Of a stretch of 64,000 bases of DNA, positions 62,122 to 64,000 are shown piece after piece; positions within the stretch are counted from its first letter, which is position 1, and every line of letters begins with the position of its first letter. This DNA is from Candidatus Poribacteria bacterium. GTDB taxonomy: Bacteria; Poribacteria; WGA-4E; PCPOR2b. Location: assembly GCA_965208325.1 (NCBI GenBank), contig OZ242326.1, positions 384,001 through 448,000 on the forward strand, read 5' to 3'. A program made the position numbers and the translations under genes. Under the pieces are notes generated by a model. The model searched no databases. It was not told the origin of the DNA and worked only from the letters and a program-made list of their open reading frames with translations.

Positions 62122-62313
62122 GTAGGTTGGGTTGAGCCAACGGCGAAACCCAAAGCTTTTAGCATTTTTTCACCAGCATCGCTCAACAAAACGTTCGTAA
62201 TGTTTAGAAAAGCGTTGGGTCTCGCTACGCCAAACAAATCTTGAACGCAATTAACCAACAAACCGATTCGTTATAATTCACTAGTCTCACCATGACCGCT
62301 CAACCCAACCTAC
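62122..62313. repeat. REPIN-like element
   Basis: Perfect inverted pair GTAGGTTGGGTTGAGC / GCTCAACCCAACCTAC, plus inner IR GCGAAACCCAAAGCTTT / AAAGCGTTGGGTCTCGC. Confidence 0.8.
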
Positions 62314-62576
62314 AAAATCTGCCCGATTGTGTATTGGCGAGCGATTTAGCTATCGCCAAGAATTTAGAATGTGCGGAAGCAGATGTGAAAACGGGAAGGC
62401 TAAAGCCTTTGGGGTGATGTTAGACAGGGTCCTTGAGGTACAGTTTCCTGATGGTGAACGGCGGCAGCCCGATTTTACGAAACGAAGCCAATCGTGATGG
62501 AGTTTTTTCCATCCGTGTCATCTTTATAATCCGTGATTCAGACAATGCACAACAAACAGAACGATAGGAGAATACT

Positions 62577-62912
62577 GTGCGAAAAGTAGACCTACAACAG
62601 CGAGCGGTTGAGTTAATCAAACAACTCTCGACAGAAAAACTGAAGGCGGGGGTTGACTATCTGACCTACCTTCAGGATATAGATGCGTGGAAAGCCACAC
62701 ACGAATTGGCGAGCGATCCAGAAATCGCCAAGCGTTTAGAGTCGAAATGGACGGGCAAAAATCCAATTGTACAACGTATCATTGAAGCTGTCGAAAAATC
62801 ACAAGATGTGACACTAGAAGATGCAGAGATACTGCTTCAGGTAATTAAGGAAAATCAGATGCCTGTGCGATTCGATTCACCATTCACGGCGAACAATCAA
62901 GAAAGTCAATGA
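62577..62912 (+). CDS. putative antitoxin
   Basis: 111-aa ORF with AGGAG RBS and an ATGA overlap with the PIN toxin gene. Confidence 0.6.
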   Translation: MRKVDLQQRAVELIKQLSTEKLKAGVDYLTYLQDIDAWKATHELASDPEIAKRLESKWTGKNPIVQRIIEAVEKSQDVTLEDAEILLQVIKENQMPVRFDSPFTANNQESQ

Positions 62913-63328
62913 TTAGGTATCTGTTGGAAACATCAACATGCAGTTATCTCATGGCCAATCATACACGGGTCAAAGATTGTCTCACATCGGCTCAAATCAC
63001 CGATTATCCCTTCACCTGTCCGATTGTGCGTGGTGAAATCCTATTTGGTATCGAACTGTTGCCCGCCGGACGTAGACGACAATCTTTAGAGGATCAAGCC
63101 AACAATCTGTTTTCTGGACTGATATGCGACCCAATTCCAGAAAGGGCAGGTGATTTCTACGCAAAGATAAAACGTGCGGCGCAAGAACTGGGTACGCCGT
63201 TAGATGAATGCGACCTCTGGATTGTTGCGACAGCCCTAGCGTTAGATGCAATTATGATAACCTCTGACAGCGATTTTCATCGGGTACAGGGATTGTTTGG
63301 ATTTCAGTTAGAAGATTGGACGACCTAA
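62909..63328 (+). CDS. vapC: PIN-domain (VapC-like) toxin
   Basis: YLLETS, GEILFG, DLWIVATA and TSDSDF. Confidence 0.85.
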   Translation: MIRYLLETSTCSYLMANHTRVKDCLTSAQITDYPFTCPIVRGEILFGIELLPAGRRRQSLEDQANNLFSGLICDPIPERAGDFYAKIKRAAQELGTPLDECDLWIVATALALDAIMITSDSDFHRVQGLFGFQLEDWTT

Positions 63329-63535
63329 CAGAAGTGGAGGCGGGTGCAATTGTCTGTATCAGCGGCAATCAGACAATTACACTCAATGGCGATGGCTGAA
63401 AGAATTGCGTAGGAAAAAATAAAATCTGTCAAATTTTGTAAAGTTTTGTCAAATTTGGATTTTTGAGTTTTGTCTCCATTCTTATCTAGCTCTGTTGAAA
63501 TGTCAACAGAACCTAAACAGGTTACCAAATAAAAT

Positions 63536-64000
63536 ATGGACTATTTTTACATCAACACCAACCAAAGCAATGCCCCCGACCAATTCCCCGTTTGGTTAGA
63601 CAACAACATGGCATTCGCACATGGCGAGGACTGGGGGAAACAACTCAATAACCTCTCACCTGGCGATATCTGTCTGATGTATATTAGCGGGCAAGGCGTG
63701 AAAGCAGTGGGCGAAATACTCAAAAATCGGGATAAGACACCGTATCGCAAGCACATGATTCGCAGGAAAGAGAGACTCCTTGCAAACGAATATCGTATTG
63801 ATGTCCTTTGGTATCTTGTACTCCCAAAACCAATTACGCCCGAAGTGCTCAGAAACAGGTATGGGCTTGAACCTTGGATTGGCACTGCTAGGCGCATCGT
63901 AAAGAATAGGCATAAAGCCGAAGAACTGATTCGCCACCTGGAGGAAGAATACACGCGAATCCCACAGGAAGTTGACGAGAACGAAATCGCTGAATCATAT
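63536..64000 (+). CDS. 3'-truncated protein with EVE/PUA-like N-terminal domain (possible modification-dependent nuclease; not in ORF track)
   Basis: Open frame from ATG 63536 to the window end: MDYFYINTN...LNNLSPGDICLMYISGQGVKAVGEI...EYRIDVLW. Confidence 0.6.
   Translation, partial: MDYFYINTNQSNAPDQFPVWLDNNMAFAHGEDWGKQLNNLSPGDICLMYISGQGVKAVGEILKNRDKTPYRKHMIRRKERLLANEYRIDVLWYLVLPKPITPEVLRNRYGLEPWIGTARRIVKNRHKAEELIRHLEEEYTRIPQEVDENEIAESY

Noticed and set aside
63547..63954. Minus-strand ORFs in the track, and other short antisense or overlapping ORFs throughout the window
   Set aside because: They are shadows of better-supported genes on the other strand or frame.
1..64000. Genome-wide reassignment of TGA (code 4 or 25) to explain the in-frame TGAs
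   Set aside because: Complete conserved genes (purL, ugd, thsB and others) end in TGA at their expected C-termini, and in-frame TGAs are rare.

Overview
This is a 64-kb bacterial chromosomal segment. The Poribacteria assignment is an inference: LLQNYPNPFNPETWIPY-type C-terminal domains, four PhyH dioxygenases, two DUF6785-like membrane proteins and a PorV-like gene together suggest Candidatus Poribacteria or a relative. Bases 1-53.4 kb are mostly metabolic and envelope genes: an Ldh_2 oxidoreductase, purL, ugd, gmd, ubiX/ubiA-like, an SHMT-like enzyme, an S8 protease, and YCF48 and HEAT-repeat proteins. Bases 53.5-64 kb hold a repeat-rich hotspot and a defence island: a complete IS4-family element with TIRs and TSD, a frameshifted type IIG-like R-M gene, type II Thoeris preceded by an unannotated 43-aa ORF, a VapC-like TA pair and a truncated EVE-like gene. 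The most striking signal, missed by the ORF track, is likely selenocysteine recoding in exported proteins. (i) A signal-peptide rhodanese has the active-site loop Y-TGA-S-TGA-P (UxU), and the domain continues in frame after both stops. (ii) An FG-GAP/ASPIC-UnbV lipoprotein is split by one in-frame TGA followed by a SECIS-like hairpin, and is coupled to a TlpA-like thioredoxin gene. No tRNA, rRNA or CRISPR array was recognised. All family calls come from motif recognition, not database searches.
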